Origin: Patescibacteria group bacterium
GTDB lineage: Bacteria > Patescibacteriota > Patescibacteriia > SG8-24
Assembly: GCA_018813785.1 (NCBI GenBank)
Contig: JAHJAU010000070.1
Location: 1-36,462, forward strand
Direction: 5' to 3'
DNA length: 36,462 nt
Below are positions 1-10,246 of this stretch, piece by piece. Every line of letters starts with the position of its first letter. Within the stretch, counting starts at the first letter, position 1. The notes under the pieces are model-generated. The model saw only the letters and a program-made list of their open reading frames with translations, did no database searches and had not been told where the DNA came from. Both the position numbers and the translations under genes were made by a program.

Positions 1-129
1 GCTGGACAAGTTGCAGTGTGCCCGGCTGGACTGAATGACGAAGCGAATCGTACTTAAAGGTACGATGAGCTAGGAGTAAGGGAAGCCGGGTGCAATGCAC
101 CCGATCCAGCACTTGCCTAAAACGAAAAT

Positions 130-157
130 CCCCCTGCCAGCCGAAGCCAGCAGGGGG
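130..157 (-). terminator. Intrinsic terminator of the 182..1402 gene
   Basis: Minus strand CCCCCTGCTGGC-TTCG-GCTGGCAGGGGG hairpin followed by ATTTTCGTTTT, ~25 nt after the stop codon. Confidence 0.75.
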
Positions 158-181
158 AAAGAAGAAACTACGTGTCCCACA

Positions 182-1402
182 TCACTGATGGATGGGGAAG
201 AAGATGTCGTCCAGTTCGTCGTTCGTAACCCGCGGCAGACCGCTGGAGCCACGCGCGGGCGAACCGCGCTTGGCGGCCGGAGAACGCGGACGGTGTCGAC
301 GAGAACTCGCCGCGTCACCACTCCGATCAACCGGAGGAGGTGGCGGGAGATGCGAAGCACCTGCCGCGCGAGGTGATGGAGCCGGCTGGACAGCCGGAGC
401 TTTGGTCGGAGTCGGTGGCTCGCTGTCTCGCCTGGTACCGGCGATGAGCTGTTCGGCTTCACGCTGAAGCCGCCGATACTCATCCCGATCCTCAGGTGTG
501 CAAAACGCCCCGGTACAGTTCTCATCCAGAACGCGCTGCCGAATCTCGGCTTGTCGCGCCCGAACGATATCCAACCGTTGGGCATCTTGCACGTCTTCGC
601 GCTCGACCGCCTCACGCTCCACTTCGACCACCCGATTCTGCCGATCACCCCAAGAGGTGACCCCATCGACCAGACTGACGGTCCAGTTGCGTATCGAGTG
701 ATAAGCACTCGGCGCAGACAACTGGAAGATCAGGCCGGAGATGGCGCAAACCGCGAAGATGGTCAGGATGCGCCGTGGCCAGGGGCTGTTGTTCCAGCAG
801 GCAGACATGATGGCCGCCATCAACAGCAGTGCGCCGACCAAGAGCATGGCCAGTGTGATACTGCGATACACCGGCACATAGGTCAGAATCAGTAGTGCGC
901 CGATGTACCAGGCAGTCCAGCCTCGTAGCCAGACCAGAAAGGTATCGATGCGTGCCCGGGGAATAGCCGGGAACGCGGTGCTCATGGCTCGGGCACTCTC
1001 GGTGAGCAGCACCACTCCCTGGGTGTAGACCATGATCTTGGTCCAGAGGTAGGTGACCCCCAGAGCTCCGAGCAAGGAGCCCAGGGCGAACGCACCGGTG
1101 GCCGCTGTCTCCAGCCAACTCACCTCGAGCCAGACGCCGATGCGTCCAGCCGCCAGACCGATAACGAAAAGCACCATCGGCCCCAGAACCGAGACCCAGA
1201 GCAGGGACGTCAGACCGTCCCAGCGCGCCTGCATCTCATCCGCAGTCCAGTTGGCCGCATTGCGACCCAGGAAGGACGCTATGCCGGCGAGCGCCCGGCC
1301 GATGCGGCCGGTGTTCGAGGGAGGGTTGGGCGGAGGTGCGCCTGCACCGCCGCCAGCTGCGCCACCCGGTCCTCCGGGGGGCGGGTTCGGAATAGCTGCC
1401 AT
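182..1402 (-). CDS. Hypothetical multi-pass membrane protein with Pro/Gly-rich N-terminus, coiled-coil region and Pro-rich C-terminal tail
   Basis: Long ORF with about 6 hydrophobic segments. Start moved to ATG at 1402 (MAAIPNPP), which has a GAGGAG RBS. No family recognised. Confidence 0.8.
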   Translation of the reverse strand: MAAIPNPPPGGPGGAAGGGAGAPPPNPPSNTGRIGRALAGIASFLGRNAANWTADEMQARWDGLTSLLWVSVLGPMVLFVIGLAAGRIGVWLEVSWLETAATGAFALGSLLGALGVTYLWTKIMVYTQGVVLLTESARAMSTAFPAIPRARIDTFLVWLRGWTAWYIGALLILTYVPVYRSITLAMLLVGALLLMAAIMSACWNNSPWPRRILTIFAVCAISGLIFQLSAPSAYHSIRNWTVSLVDGVTSWGDRQNRVVEVEREAVEREDVQDAQRLDIVRARQAEIRQRVLDENCTGAFCTPEDRDEYRRLQREAEQLIAGTRRDSEPPTPTKAPAVQPAPSPRAAGASHLPPPPPVDRSGDAASSRRHRPRSPAAKRGSPARGSSGLPRVTNDELDDIFFPIHQ

Positions 1403-1504
1403 GTCTCTCTCCTCAGACAAGGATGAAACCTCGCCGTTGCAGTAGTGAGGATCAGCCTGGTCACCCGAAAGCAACCAGGCCAATCCCCCACCACGTCACT
1501 AAAG

Positions 1505-2518
1505 CTACAAACTCACCATGTTCTTGAGCCGCTGCCACAGGCTGGGTCTGAGCCGAGCGGTTCTCTGCTTGACCTCGGTCTCGAGCTGTTCGAGTGTGTC
1601 GGCGAGCGGCTCCAAGCCGTCGTCCACCTGCCCGGCAACTCCCTTCACCGCGTCTGCGACCTGCTCACCGGCCGCCACGACCGTGTCCTTCACCGCGCCG
1701 ACAGCCGAAGCTACTTCGCGGCGAACGATCGTCCGAGACGACTGATTTTCGAGCAGACGCAGTGTCTTCACGGCCGGGAATCCGGCCTTGAGACAACGCA
1801 CCAGAACTCGAGCTTCAGCAGCCGAGTCCAGGTGCACCGACAGCGTCTCGAGCTGCTTGGCGGACAGCTTAGCCACCCAGCCGAGCACCAGATCCTGATC
1901 AGCCTCATCTTCGAGTGCCGCGATGGCATCGAAGGCTGAACGAATCGGCACGGCTGGCTTCTTGGCCGCTGCTCCAGCCGGCTTCTCGAGCCTCTTCTGC
2001 AGCCACGCCGCACAACACGGCGACGGCAGTAGTTCACGCTCGATCGCCTTGGCCATTGTCACGCGTGTGCGTCGACCACCGGCCCGCAACATCTTGGGGC
2101 AAGTAGCCTCGTGCACGTGGTCGAACTGGTCCATGACCAGCTCCTCGGCCAGCAGCTCGTTGACCATGACGTCAACTTCAGCCGCCACCGCCGGCATTGC
2201 CCGACCATTCCGCTCGAACGCGTCAGCAAACTTGGTCATGAAACGGACGATGAAGTTCTTGACCGCGTTCGCTTGCTGCGGCGAACCGAACAACGAGTCC
2301 GGCAGGAAGAACCCCACCGCTCCGCCCATGGCCACCGGGCCGGCGTGCTTGATCGCGGCCAAGGTAGCCGGATTCAACCGACCGACCAAAGCCTGAACTG
2401 CACGCTGGTCAGTGACCATCGTCGCAATCCGCTCAGCTACCCGATCCAAGACCGGGTTCATTGCTTCGTCTGCTCCCCGGAACAACCGGAGGAACAGGCT
2501 CTCTCCCGTATCGGCCAT
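1505..2518 (-). CDS. Hypothetical protein (337 aa), Ala-rich and probably helical; H-x3-C...PCC cluster may bind metal
   Basis: 337 aa ORF with GGAGG RBS; co-oriented with the downstream gene; GC-rich. Metal binding is inference from HVHEATCP...PSPCC. Confidence 0.8.
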   Translation of the reverse strand: MADTGESLFLRLFRGADEAMNPVLDRVAERIATMVTDQRAVQALVGRLNPATLAAIKHAGPVAMGGAVGFFLPDSLFGSPQQANAVKNFIVRFMTKFADAFERNGRAMPAVAAEVDVMVNELLAEELVMDQFDHVHEATCPKMLRAGGRRTRVTMAKAIERELLPSPCCAAWLQKRLEKPAGAAAKKPAVPIRSAFDAIAALEDEADQDLVLGWVAKLSAKQLETLSVHLDSAAEARVLVRCLKAGFPAVKTLRLLENQSSRTIVRREVASAVGAVKDTVVAAGEQVADAVKGVAGQVDDGLEPLADTLEQLETEVKQRTARLRPSLWQRLKNMVSL

Positions 2519-2609
2519 TTCCAGCCTCCTCCCTTTCTTTCTGTTTGTGTATTGTCAAACGACCACGACACCATGCCGCGATCAATTATAGGCTTACCTA
2601 TAACGGCTA

Positions 2610-2638
2610 AATGTAGCATAATAAAGCGGAATTGTCAA
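2610..2638 (-). promoter_or_regulatory. Sigma70-like promoter for the 2518/1402 genes
   Basis: Minus strand TTGACA-N17-TACATT with an extended -10 TG. Confidence 0.6.
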
Positions 2639-2643
2639 CCTTA

Positions 2644-4629
2644 ATGGCCAAAAAACTCCTCACTTGGATCGCTCTAAATGAAAAAACCATCCTTAGGCTG
2701 GCAATTTTGCTTTATTTGATCATCTTTTCTGCCATTTGCCTTTGGAAATATTCGATCTTCGCTTACGATGGTCTGGATCTGGCTATTTTTAATAATGTCT
2801 TCTGGCAAACAATCCACGGACAACCGTTCGCTCAATCAATTCATCCTCATTCATTTTTAGGCGATCACGCCGGGTTTGGTTTATTAATCCTGGTGCCAAT
2901 TTATGCCTGGTTTCAGGATCCAAGAACGTTATTAATTCTACAAACAGCGGCCCTGGCTCTAACCGCCTGGCCAATCTATCTACTGGCCAAGGCTCAAACT
3001 ATTCATCGGCCTTTATCGGCCGAGAAATTAACCGCCGCCACTTGTTGGAAGGAATCTTTTTCTGCCACGGAGAAAAATTATAGAAAATTATTTCCATTGA
3101 TTATTGCTTTGGCCTGGTTATTAAATCCGCTCGTCCAAAACATTAATCTCTTTGAGTTTCATTTACTGCCATTTGCTTTACTGCCGCTGTTTTTTATGTT
3201 GTTGGCTTACGAAAAAAATCAGCGCCGGCGATTTATATTATTCGCTATGGCGGCGATGATTTTCCGCGAAGATGTGGCATTGGTCGTGGCCGCAATTGGC
3301 CTACTGGCTGTACTCGAAAAAAAATCCTGGTGGTGGCGGCTGATACCAACTCTGTTTGGTGCGGCTTGGTTTCTCATGGCCACACGTGTGATTGCATATT
3401 TTGCACCGAACCATAGTTATAAATTTCTGATCTATTATTCTTGGTTGATCGAAACTCCCGGCAATCTATTCAATCATCTGCTGACTCTGGGAAATTTAGA
3501 GATGTTACTCGGCTTCGGCCTGCCGCTTCTTTTTCTTCCATATCTTGCACCCAAAAAACTGATGCTGACGCTTGGGCCGTTGTTACAAATTTTATTAAGC
3601 GCTCCGGGCGGAAGTTCGATCGTAATACAAACGCATTACGCCGTGCTTTTCTTGCCGGCGATTTTTTTGGCAACCATGACTGCAGTAAATAATATTGTGG
3701 TGACCAAAAAAGAAAATAAAAATCGACCCCGCGGCTTTTTTCGCTCGCCGGCATTGGTCGGTTTAATTTTGCTTTCTTCTGCCTATGGAGCTCTGTCTTT
3801 GGGTCCGTTACCAACAGCCTTAACCCATCTAATCTCCGGAGAGGGGCAGACAATTAAGCGCTCAGCCCAGCAAATTTTATCGCTAATTCCAGAAGACGCG
3901 GCAGTTATAGCCAGCTATGAACTATTGCCGCACCTGTCATCTCGCGCGCAAGTTTTTTCGGCTCACTATGTTTTTCTCGGCGTCGAACAATTTGCCACAG
4001 GGCCATATCAGCCATCAACCGACCAACCTCTCTGGCTGGCGTTTGCCGATCACGATTTGTTTACCTATCGGACACAATTCTTAAAAATCGCCTGGGCCAA
4101 ACCATATTACACCGGCGGACGAGAACGCTTGGCCGCGCAGGTCGGATCACTTATGGCTCGTGCTGGTCACTACTCGATTTATGGCCCACTTCAATCTTCA
4201 CTGACCATATCGCCGCCTTTTACTCAACCGCCTGAGCCGCTGCCCAACAAGCCATTAATTTTTGCCGACGGCACGACTATCAATGCTTACCAAACTGAGA
4301 TCAAACCCGACCGACTGCTGATACATTTCGATTTGACGCTCGGCCGGGAACCAAATGAAACAAAAATTTTTACTTTCACCCTAATCGATGCAACGGGAAA
4401 ACAACTCGAAATCGAATCACCGCTCATCAATGATTTGCATCAGCCGATCAACGCTGGTGCGGCCTATGAATTTGTTGCGGACTTTTCTTTCTATAAAAAA
4501 TTAGCCGAGAAAAGTCCGATCTCAATCAAATTAAAAACTCTCGAAGCAACGCAAATTCTTGATGCACTCGGCTCAACGGTCGCTCACCCTGATCAAGAAA
4601 CCAGTCTCGGAATATTTGAACTAGATTAA
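2644..4629 (+). CDS. DUF2079-family membrane protein (putative GT-C-like glycosyltransferase)
   Basis: YDGLDLAIFNN..W, SFLGDH, LLILQT, FEFH, REDVAL and HLSSR motifs typical of DUF2079; many TM helices. ATG at 2644 preferred over TTG at 2632. Confidence 0.8.
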   Translation: MAKKLLTWIALNEKTILRLAILLYLIIFSAICLWKYSIFAYDGLDLAIFNNVFWQTIHGQPFAQSIHPHSFLGDHAGFGLLILVPIYAWFQDPRTLLILQTAALALTAWPIYLLAKAQTIHRPLSAEKLTAATCWKESFSATEKNYRKLFPLIIALAWLLNPLVQNINLFEFHLLPFALLPLFFMLLAYEKNQRRRFILFAMAAMIFREDVALVVAAIGLLAVLEKKSWWWRLIPTLFGAAWFLMATRVIAYFAPNHSYKFLIYYSWLIETPGNLFNHLLTLGNLEMLLGFGLPLLFLPYLAPKKLMLTLGPLLQILLSAPGGSSIVIQTHYAVLFLPAIFLATMTAVNNIVVTKKENKNRPRGFFRSPALVGLILLSSAYGALSLGPLPTALTHLISGEGQTIKRSAQQILSLIPEDAAVIASYELLPHLSSRAQVFSAHYVFLGVEQFATGPYQPSTDQPLWLAFADHDLFTYRTQFLKIAWAKPYYTGGRERLAAQVGSLMARAGHYSIYGPLQSSLTISPPFTQPPEPLPNKPLIFADGTTINAYQTEIKPDRLLIHFDLTLGREPNETKIFTFTLIDATGKQLEIESPLINDLHQPINAGAAYEFVADFSFYKKLAEKSPISIKLKTLEATQILDALGSTVAHPDQETSLGIFELD

Positions 4630-4652
4630 AAACCAGCTCAGAAGAACCGGTT

Positions 4653-6281
4653 TTATCTTAGATAAAATATCTCAATATTCTCGGCAAAATAAACGCGAGC
4701 AAATACGGCATTGTCTGATAGAAAACCCAGGCGTCGCTCCGACGGACCAACAAAAACGTAATCGATCCCTTGCTGACGCATAAAATCGGCGCGTTGCTGA
4801 TCATCTAGCCCAGCAAAAAAACGCTGCATAATTTTCGTCTGACCAACAACATCACCAGAATTACTCCAGTGACCAACGAAAACCCGCCGATCAGCCCAGC
4901 CAACAATACTATTACCCGACTCCACCGAACTCATAAACGCTGCGTCAACCGGCGTATTTTGATTGATCCAATCCAAAGCTTGCCGTTCGGTCGGAGTAAA
5001 ATAAAAAATCGGGGGTTGATTGGTGAAAAATAAACGACAACTCCCCGCAATAACAGCAAAAGTCGAAGGCAGACAGACGACAAAAAATAAGGCGACCAAG
5101 GTGAGACGCGGATTAAACCAACGTGGTCGGCCGTGTCGCTCCAACCAATTTAAGGCGGCAAAAATCGTTGGCACGGCCAAAATAACCAAGGGAAACTCCA
5201 GACCCTGCAACATTCGACGCTGAAAAAAAACAGGTGAATAAACCAGCAGTGCTGTGCTGACAATCCAAGCAGACAAAAACAATTGATTAATTAGTGGTGT
5301 CTGTCGACGAATAATCCAAAGGCCCGCCGGCGCCAAAACAGATACCACACCAAAACCGATCAGTAATTGCAGCGGTGACGGCGTGATCATCGTATTTAAT
5401 CCCAACAACTGACGAGAAAAATCATCACTCCAAAGATGCCAAACATGATAAGCGAATGACCAAAATGAAATGAGAATAAAAACAACGACGTTCAACCAAT
5501 CGCGCCACTTGAATCGCCTGGCCAATGCCATAAAACACAAAAAGGTCAGCGCGGTCGCGTATAATGTCGGCGCGTGAAATGGATGAAACGAAAACAGGAG
5601 CAGTGCGGCCAAGCCGGCGAACACGGCATATCGACTGCACCCGGTACTGAACGCCAACAACAACATGAGGGTAGTCAAAATAATCAATGTCCAACCTGCA
5701 ACAAAATGCGGACTGTACAGCAAGCTCATAAAAGCATTGGCTTCGCTCACCCATAGATCAATCGGCCATTCATACGCGAAGAGCGAAGGTGTGTTGTGTT
5801 CAAAAAAAGGCGAAAAATACAGGCCAACCCCAGAACCGAATATCATTAACAAAAAAGCGACAAAGCGTTGACGTGGTACCGACCAAAAAAATGAAATCGC
5901 AATATAAACTATCGCGGCAAAAATCGGAATCAGCAAAACACGAGCCAGCTGAAACGCGGCGAGTGGTGTCAGTGCCAGCGCGGCGGCTAAACGACCGACC
6001 AGCCACCAAAAAAGATTTAATGACGGCGCGGTCGCTTCGACTGTAAATAAATTCTCAAATAATAATCGACCGGATTTAGCCTGACTAATATCTGACAAGT
6101 AAAAAGCCAGGTCGCCGGGCGAAAGCTGTAACAAGCCGCGCCATTCCAAGCCACGCATCGCCCCAAGCAACAAACCGAACAAAGCCGGCAGTGATGAAAT
6201 CACAACGGCCGCGACAGCAACCACGGCCACGATTCGCCACTCGCGCCGAGAAATGGATTTTATTAGCTCGGTCCAAGTCAT
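4653..6281 (-). CDS. Polytopic membrane protein, putative GT-C glycosyltransferase-like
   Basis: 542 aa, more than 10 TM segments, early GD..FY loop, PHF and FHPFH motifs, C-terminal soluble domain (ALDWI...VFVGHW...IDYVF). Overlaps the GT2 stop codon. Confidence 0.75.
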   Translation of the reverse strand: MTWTELIKSISRREWRIVAVVAVAAVVISSLPALFGLLLGAMRGLEWRGLLQLSPGDLAFYLSDISQAKSGRLLFENLFTVEATAPSLNLFWWLVGRLAAALALTPLAAFQLARVLLIPIFAAIVYIAISFFWSVPRQRFVAFLLMIFGSGVGLYFSPFFEHNTPSLFAYEWPIDLWVSEANAFMSLLYSPHFVAGWTLIILTTLMLLLAFSTGCSRYAVFAGLAALLLFSFHPFHAPTLYATALTFLCFMALARRFKWRDWLNVVVFILISFWSFAYHVWHLWSDDFSRQLLGLNTMITPSPLQLLIGFGVVSVLAPAGLWIIRRQTPLINQLFLSAWIVSTALLVYSPVFFQRRMLQGLEFPLVILAVPTIFAALNWLERHGRPRWFNPRLTLVALFFVVCLPSTFAVIAGSCRLFFTNQPPIFYFTPTERQALDWINQNTPVDAAFMSSVESGNSIVGWADRRVFVGHWSNSGDVVGQTKIMQRFFAGLDDQQRADFMRQQGIDYVFVGPSERRLGFLSDNAVFARVYFAENIEIFYLR

Positions 6282-6991
6282 TGCAGTCGTTTTTTAAGTG
6301 AAATTAACCGAAACAAATATTCCACGGCGAGTCGTGGTGCCAAAACTCGCGACTTTCGACCGGCAATTGTTTGCTCCTGCCAAATCACCGGGATTTCTTG
6401 CAAAACAAACCCAGCACGCTCGGCTCGAAGGATTAATTCTGTGTCGAAAAACCAACGTCGATCCTCAACTTGCGGCACAATTTGCTCAAACACGGCACGT
6501 GAAATGGCCTTAAAACCACATGGAGCATCGGACACTGAGGTCTTAAAAAGCAAATGCAGTAATGTCCGATAACCAAAAGAATACCAGCGTCGAAATCGCG
6601 AACGCATCACTTTTGACTGCGGATGAAAGCGCGATCCACTGGCCACTCCACCGCCAGTGATGACCGCTTCATACAAGGACGGTAAAGCTTTTAAATCTGT
6701 CGACAAATCGATATCCATAAACGTAAAAACGTCAGCCGGAGCCGATTGCCAGGCGGCCAGTACCGCTCGACCTTTGCCCCGTTCAGTCAAACGCAGATAA
6801 CGAACTGATTGATTTTCTTGAGCTAAAAGTAAGCCAATCTCTTTAGTCCGATCGGTCGAACCATTGTCCGCAATTACAACCAGACACTCGACCCCTGGCA
6901 ATGTCAGGCGCACAGACTCAAGCACACGCTCTACTGAACGGCGTAACAATAATTCCTCATTCAAAACTGGCAGGGCTATGATCAGGCGCAT
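6278..6991 (-). CDS. Glycosyltransferase family 2, polyprenyl/dolichyl-phosphate glycosyltransferase (DPG synthase-like)
   Basis: PVLNEE, IADNGSTDRT, GKGRAV, FMDIDLS, GSRF, DAPCGFK and WFFDTEL motifs. Start at MRLIIALP. Confidence 0.9.
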   Translation of the reverse strand: MRLIIALPVLNEELLLRRSVERVLESVRLTLPGVECLVVIADNGSTDRTKEIGLLLAQENQSVRYLRLTERGKGRAVLAAWQSAPADVFTFMDIDLSTDLKALPSLYEAVITGGGVASGSRFHPQSKVMRSRFRRWYSFGYRTLLHLLFKTSVSDAPCGFKAISRAVFEQIVPQVEDRRWFFDTELILRAERAGFVLQEIPVIWQEQTIAGRKSRVLAPRLAVEYLFRLISLKKRLQ

Positions 6992-6998
6992 AATCCGA

Positions 6999-8585
6999 TC
7001 ATGGGAAAAGCATAAATATTTGTACTTCCTCATCTTCGTACACTAAACGAAAATCGTTGTCAGCCTCAACGGCACTTCGAAAATCTGCCTCAACTTTTCG
7101 CACTAGCACATATTGCGCATCGAAAGATTTAACCACGGCCGACAAATCCGGTGTCCGATTTTCGACCGCCGCGCGCCAAGCAATAAATCTGGCCGGATCT
7201 TTCAGATATAAAAAGGTTGGATCAAGACCGGCAATATAATGAAATTCTGGTGCTCGATAAAACAACGCTGGAAAATCTGCCCAATTGCCATGAAAAACCA
7301 TGGCATCAACCGGCAGATGTAACTGCATCCAACTCGTTGCTGATTCAAATCTAGTCCAGGGAGTACTTGGTTTGTCCCAATGAAAAGATTTCGTCACCAG
7401 GTAAACGTCGCGAATCGCTAGCAACGGAAAAACCAGACAGAGAAATAAGCCAGCTACTGCGACAAATCGTTGTGAACCACCGAAAGATAGCTGCCAAAGT
7501 CGCCGCAAATTAAATCGCCTAAATAACAAATCAAATGACGCGCCTGCCAGAAGCAGGGCGAACGGCACAAAATATTCCACGTGGCGCTGACTCTTAATTG
7601 CCAGCAATAAAAAAACAATGGAAATAATCGCGAGGGCAAAAACATGAGAACAACGCTCCGGCCAATCAGTCGGCACAACACTGCGTCGAACTTGCTCTTG
7701 CCACAGACGAGCACTCAACCACACCACAGCCGCAATGATGAGCAATAAAAAAACCGACCCGTTTTGTCTAAATAGACTGGATGGTTCATAGGGCAACCAC
7801 TCCTGACCGACATTAATCACATCAGCATAATTGATCAAAGCAGCGTGTACGGTCTGATACCAGTAAAAAAGTAAGTTCTGTGGAAAAAAAGGATTGATAA
7901 TCAAGCCGGCCAACGTACCGCCGATTGATGCGATCGGCAAGATCAATCTCTCTTTCTTAAATAATTTTTGTGGTTCCTTTTCCGTCAACCAAAAACAAAC
8001 CGTGATGAAAATCAATAATGGCCAACTGCCATGTGCCCAAACGTAAATAAAAGAAAGTCCGGCCAGAGCCAACCAATTCCGGCGGGCTAGCGCTGCCACT
8101 CCCAACATAAGCAAAACCACTGATAGTGAAGCAGCTTTGGCTAAATTCAGGCGAAACATGAAATTCATTGATGTCGCCAAGACAGTTGCAAGAACGAGCG
8201 GCAAAATGGAGTGCAAACGCAAGGAACGAGCGGCAAAATAAAAAGCCGTAATCGCCGCCGCACCAAATATCACTGCCGCCACTTTTAATCCAGCCAGCGA
8301 CCCGAATAACCAACCAAACGGAATGAGCAGTAGATGATAAAAAAAATGCTGATCGGCAAAAGTGTCGGCCAGTGTGGTAAATGGTAACCACGGAAACTCC
8401 GTTACCGGTGCGATCTGCTGAACAATCAACCGGGTGATCCCGGCATGATAAAAAGAATCGGGGTCTTTAAAGGATGGTTGAAGCTGGATCAAGGTATAAA
8501 GAGCTAAGGGAAGCAAAAAAACAGCCACGTATCCCAAACGGGGACGAGTTACAAATAAGCTTAAAAATGCTTTTACCTTGCTCAT
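6999..8585 (-). CDS. Polytopic membrane protein, putative GT-C glycosyltransferase-like
   Basis: 528 aa; DPDSFYH after the first TM helix (GT-C-like acidic loop), FPWLP, EW.PY and GLDPTF motifs; first gene of an operon with the GT2. Confidence 0.75.
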   Translation of the reverse strand: MSKVKAFLSLFVTRPRLGYVAVFLLPLALYTLIQLQPSFKDPDSFYHAGITRLIVQQIAPVTEFPWLPFTTLADTFADQHFFYHLLLIPFGWLFGSLAGLKVAAVIFGAAAITAFYFAARSLRLHSILPLVLATVLATSMNFMFRLNLAKAASLSVVLLMLGVAALARRNWLALAGLSFIYVWAHGSWPLLIFITVCFWLTEKEPQKLFKKERLILPIASIGGTLAGLIINPFFPQNLLFYWYQTVHAALINYADVINVGQEWLPYEPSSLFRQNGSVFLLLIIAAVVWLSARLWQEQVRRSVVPTDWPERCSHVFALAIISIVFLLLAIKSQRHVEYFVPFALLLAGASFDLLFRRFNLRRLWQLSFGGSQRFVAVAGLFLCLVFPLLAIRDVYLVTKSFHWDKPSTPWTRFESATSWMQLHLPVDAMVFHGNWADFPALFYRAPEFHYIAGLDPTFLYLKDPARFIAWRAAVENRTPDLSAVVKSFDAQYVLVRKVEADFRSAVEADNDFRLVYEDEEVQIFMLFP

Positions 8586-8747
8586 ATTTTGTAGTAACAG
8601 TATAGCGCGGCTTGAATTGAGGTGCTAATTTAGAAGTAAAGCTTAATTTTCTATTCTAATAACGCCGAAAAAGCTAAAACCTGTCACTCATTGACAAACC
8701 CACCTGGGTCTGTCATGGTAGAATGTCCTTCAAAAAGGAGATCGATT

Positions 8748-8960
8748 GTGGGACTATGGCGAACTACAACAACGCGAGAGGTAATCATTCGGGAAACGAC
8801 TGTTGAGGAACGTGAAGATGATGGGTTGCCGGCCGTTGTGACGGCCGCATCCCGGACGACTGGTACTGACATCGTTCCGGCAACCGTCGTCATCGTGGCC
8901 TGTCCGCCGCCGCTTCGGAGCGTTATCCAACTCCGAGCCGCACAAATCTACCGTACTTAA
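8748..8960 (+). CDS. Small hypothetical protein (70 aa, Thr/Val-rich)
   Basis: AGGAG RBS 7 nt before GTG at 8748; TG-N-TAGAAT extended -10 upstream; no family recognised. Confidence 0.4.
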   Translation: MGLWRTTTTREVIIRETTVEEREDDGLPAVVTAASRTTGTDIVPATVVIVACPPPLRSVIQLRAAQIYRT

Positions 8961-9190
8961 TTCGTCCAGCCGTCAGGCTGTGACACCGTCAGGCTGTGAT
9001 GATAGGTACTCCGGAACGAGCCCACTGTTCCATTGATGTACCGCTCTTCCTCCTCCCGGGCCCCGAAGTAATGATCCGTAATGGTACGCATCTAACTTCG
9101 GGGTCCAATTTTATTTTTACTCTGGTATCTCACCACGAAACGGCTTATACTAGGTTTGATAAACAATAATCAATTTCACTTTAATTACTC

Positions 9191-10108
9191 ATGGCTCGCG
9201 ATTCACGCCAACTCATGGTTATCTCTAGCCTAACGCTAACCCTGGCGGTTGGTTGGCTTGTCTATGGCGTGCGTTATGATGTGCTAGATGCGTATCGTGG
9301 TTGGCAGCGTGGTCCACTGCCAGTGGCCATACCGCGACTTGAATTTGAACGAGCGGTTTCTGGAGTACCAACCGCCCAGGCGGAGATGGATCAAATGGTT
9401 GAAACCACCTCAACAACCACGCTTGATTCCGCTGTTGCAGCCAATAACACGACAGCTGAATCAAAAACTGAAGAAGTGCCTCTTAAAATAGTCATAAATG
9501 AAGCTCTCCCAACTGCAGCTACGCCAAAAACTGAACCGGCCTTACCACCTGCGGTCAATCTAAAAATTCCGTTTATGGTGCAGGCACCAACTCAAAACTG
9601 GGATACCTTACATGGTGAAGCCTGCGAAGAGGCTTCGGCTATCATGCTGGCGGCCTATTATAATAATGAAGATGAAATTACGATCGAAGAAGCTGAGTCG
9701 CGTATTATGGACGCAGTAACTTTCGAAGCGGAAACCTATGGCTATCATCTGGACACCACCGCCGCAGAAACCGCTCGAACTCTACGCGAACACTTTGATA
9801 TCTCCGGAGCACGGGTGGTCACTCTCAACTCAATTGAAGATATAAAAGTCAGCTTGGCGGCCGGTCACCCGGTAATTGTTCCAGCTTACGGTAAGACCCT
9901 CGGCAATCCAAATTTCCGTAATGGCGGCCCCTTATATCATATGTTGGTTATCAAGGGTTACACAGAAACGCATTTTATTACCAACGATCCGGGTACCCGA
10001 CGAGGCGCCAATTATATTTACGATTTTCAAACGCTCTGGGACGCTATCCATGACTGGAATGGAGGAGATGTTCAAAGTGGAGCCAAAGTCATGATCGCAG
10101 TGAGATAA
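9191..10108 (+). CDS. Membrane-anchored C39-like cysteine peptidase
   Basis: N-terminal TM helix, Thr/Ala linker, then IPFMVQAP...EACEEAS (catalytic Cys), YHMLVIKGY (His) and FITNDPG (Asp). Confidence 0.85.
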   Translation: MARDSRQLMVISSLTLTLAVGWLVYGVRYDVLDAYRGWQRGPLPVAIPRLEFERAVSGVPTAQAEMDQMVETTSTTTLDSAVAANNTTAESKTEEVPLKIVINEALPTAATPKTEPALPPAVNLKIPFMVQAPTQNWDTLHGEACEEASAIMLAAYYNNEDEITIEEAESRIMDAVTFEAETYGYHLDTTAAETARTLREHFDISGARVVTLNSIEDIKVSLAAGHPVIVPAYGKTLGNPNFRNGGPLYHMLVIKGYTETHFITNDPGTRRGANYIYDFQTLWDAIHDWNGGDVQSGAKVMIAVR

Positions 10109-10150
10109 AACTGTCAGGCGGTTTTAAGTTAAAAACCATCAGACAGTTTT
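10107..10150. terminator. Hairpin terminator after the C39 peptidase
   Basis: AAAACTGTC...GACAGTTTT inverted repeat with an inner GGTTTT/AAAACC stem. Confidence 0.6.
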
Positions 10151-10246
10151 TATATTTGCCTTATTTCATTAAATGAAACAGCTATTTTCAGGACTCTGTA
10201 CTCTTTATTTTTCGCTGACTCCGATGTTATACTCTTAGAGCAATTT

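Noticed and set aside
70-2644. Overlapping alternative-frame ORFs (e.g. 70..708, 1445..1939, 2111..2644), and similar ones in 21-25 kb and 27-28 kb
   Set aside because: Shadow ORFs expected in GC-rich coding sequence; they overlap better supported genes.
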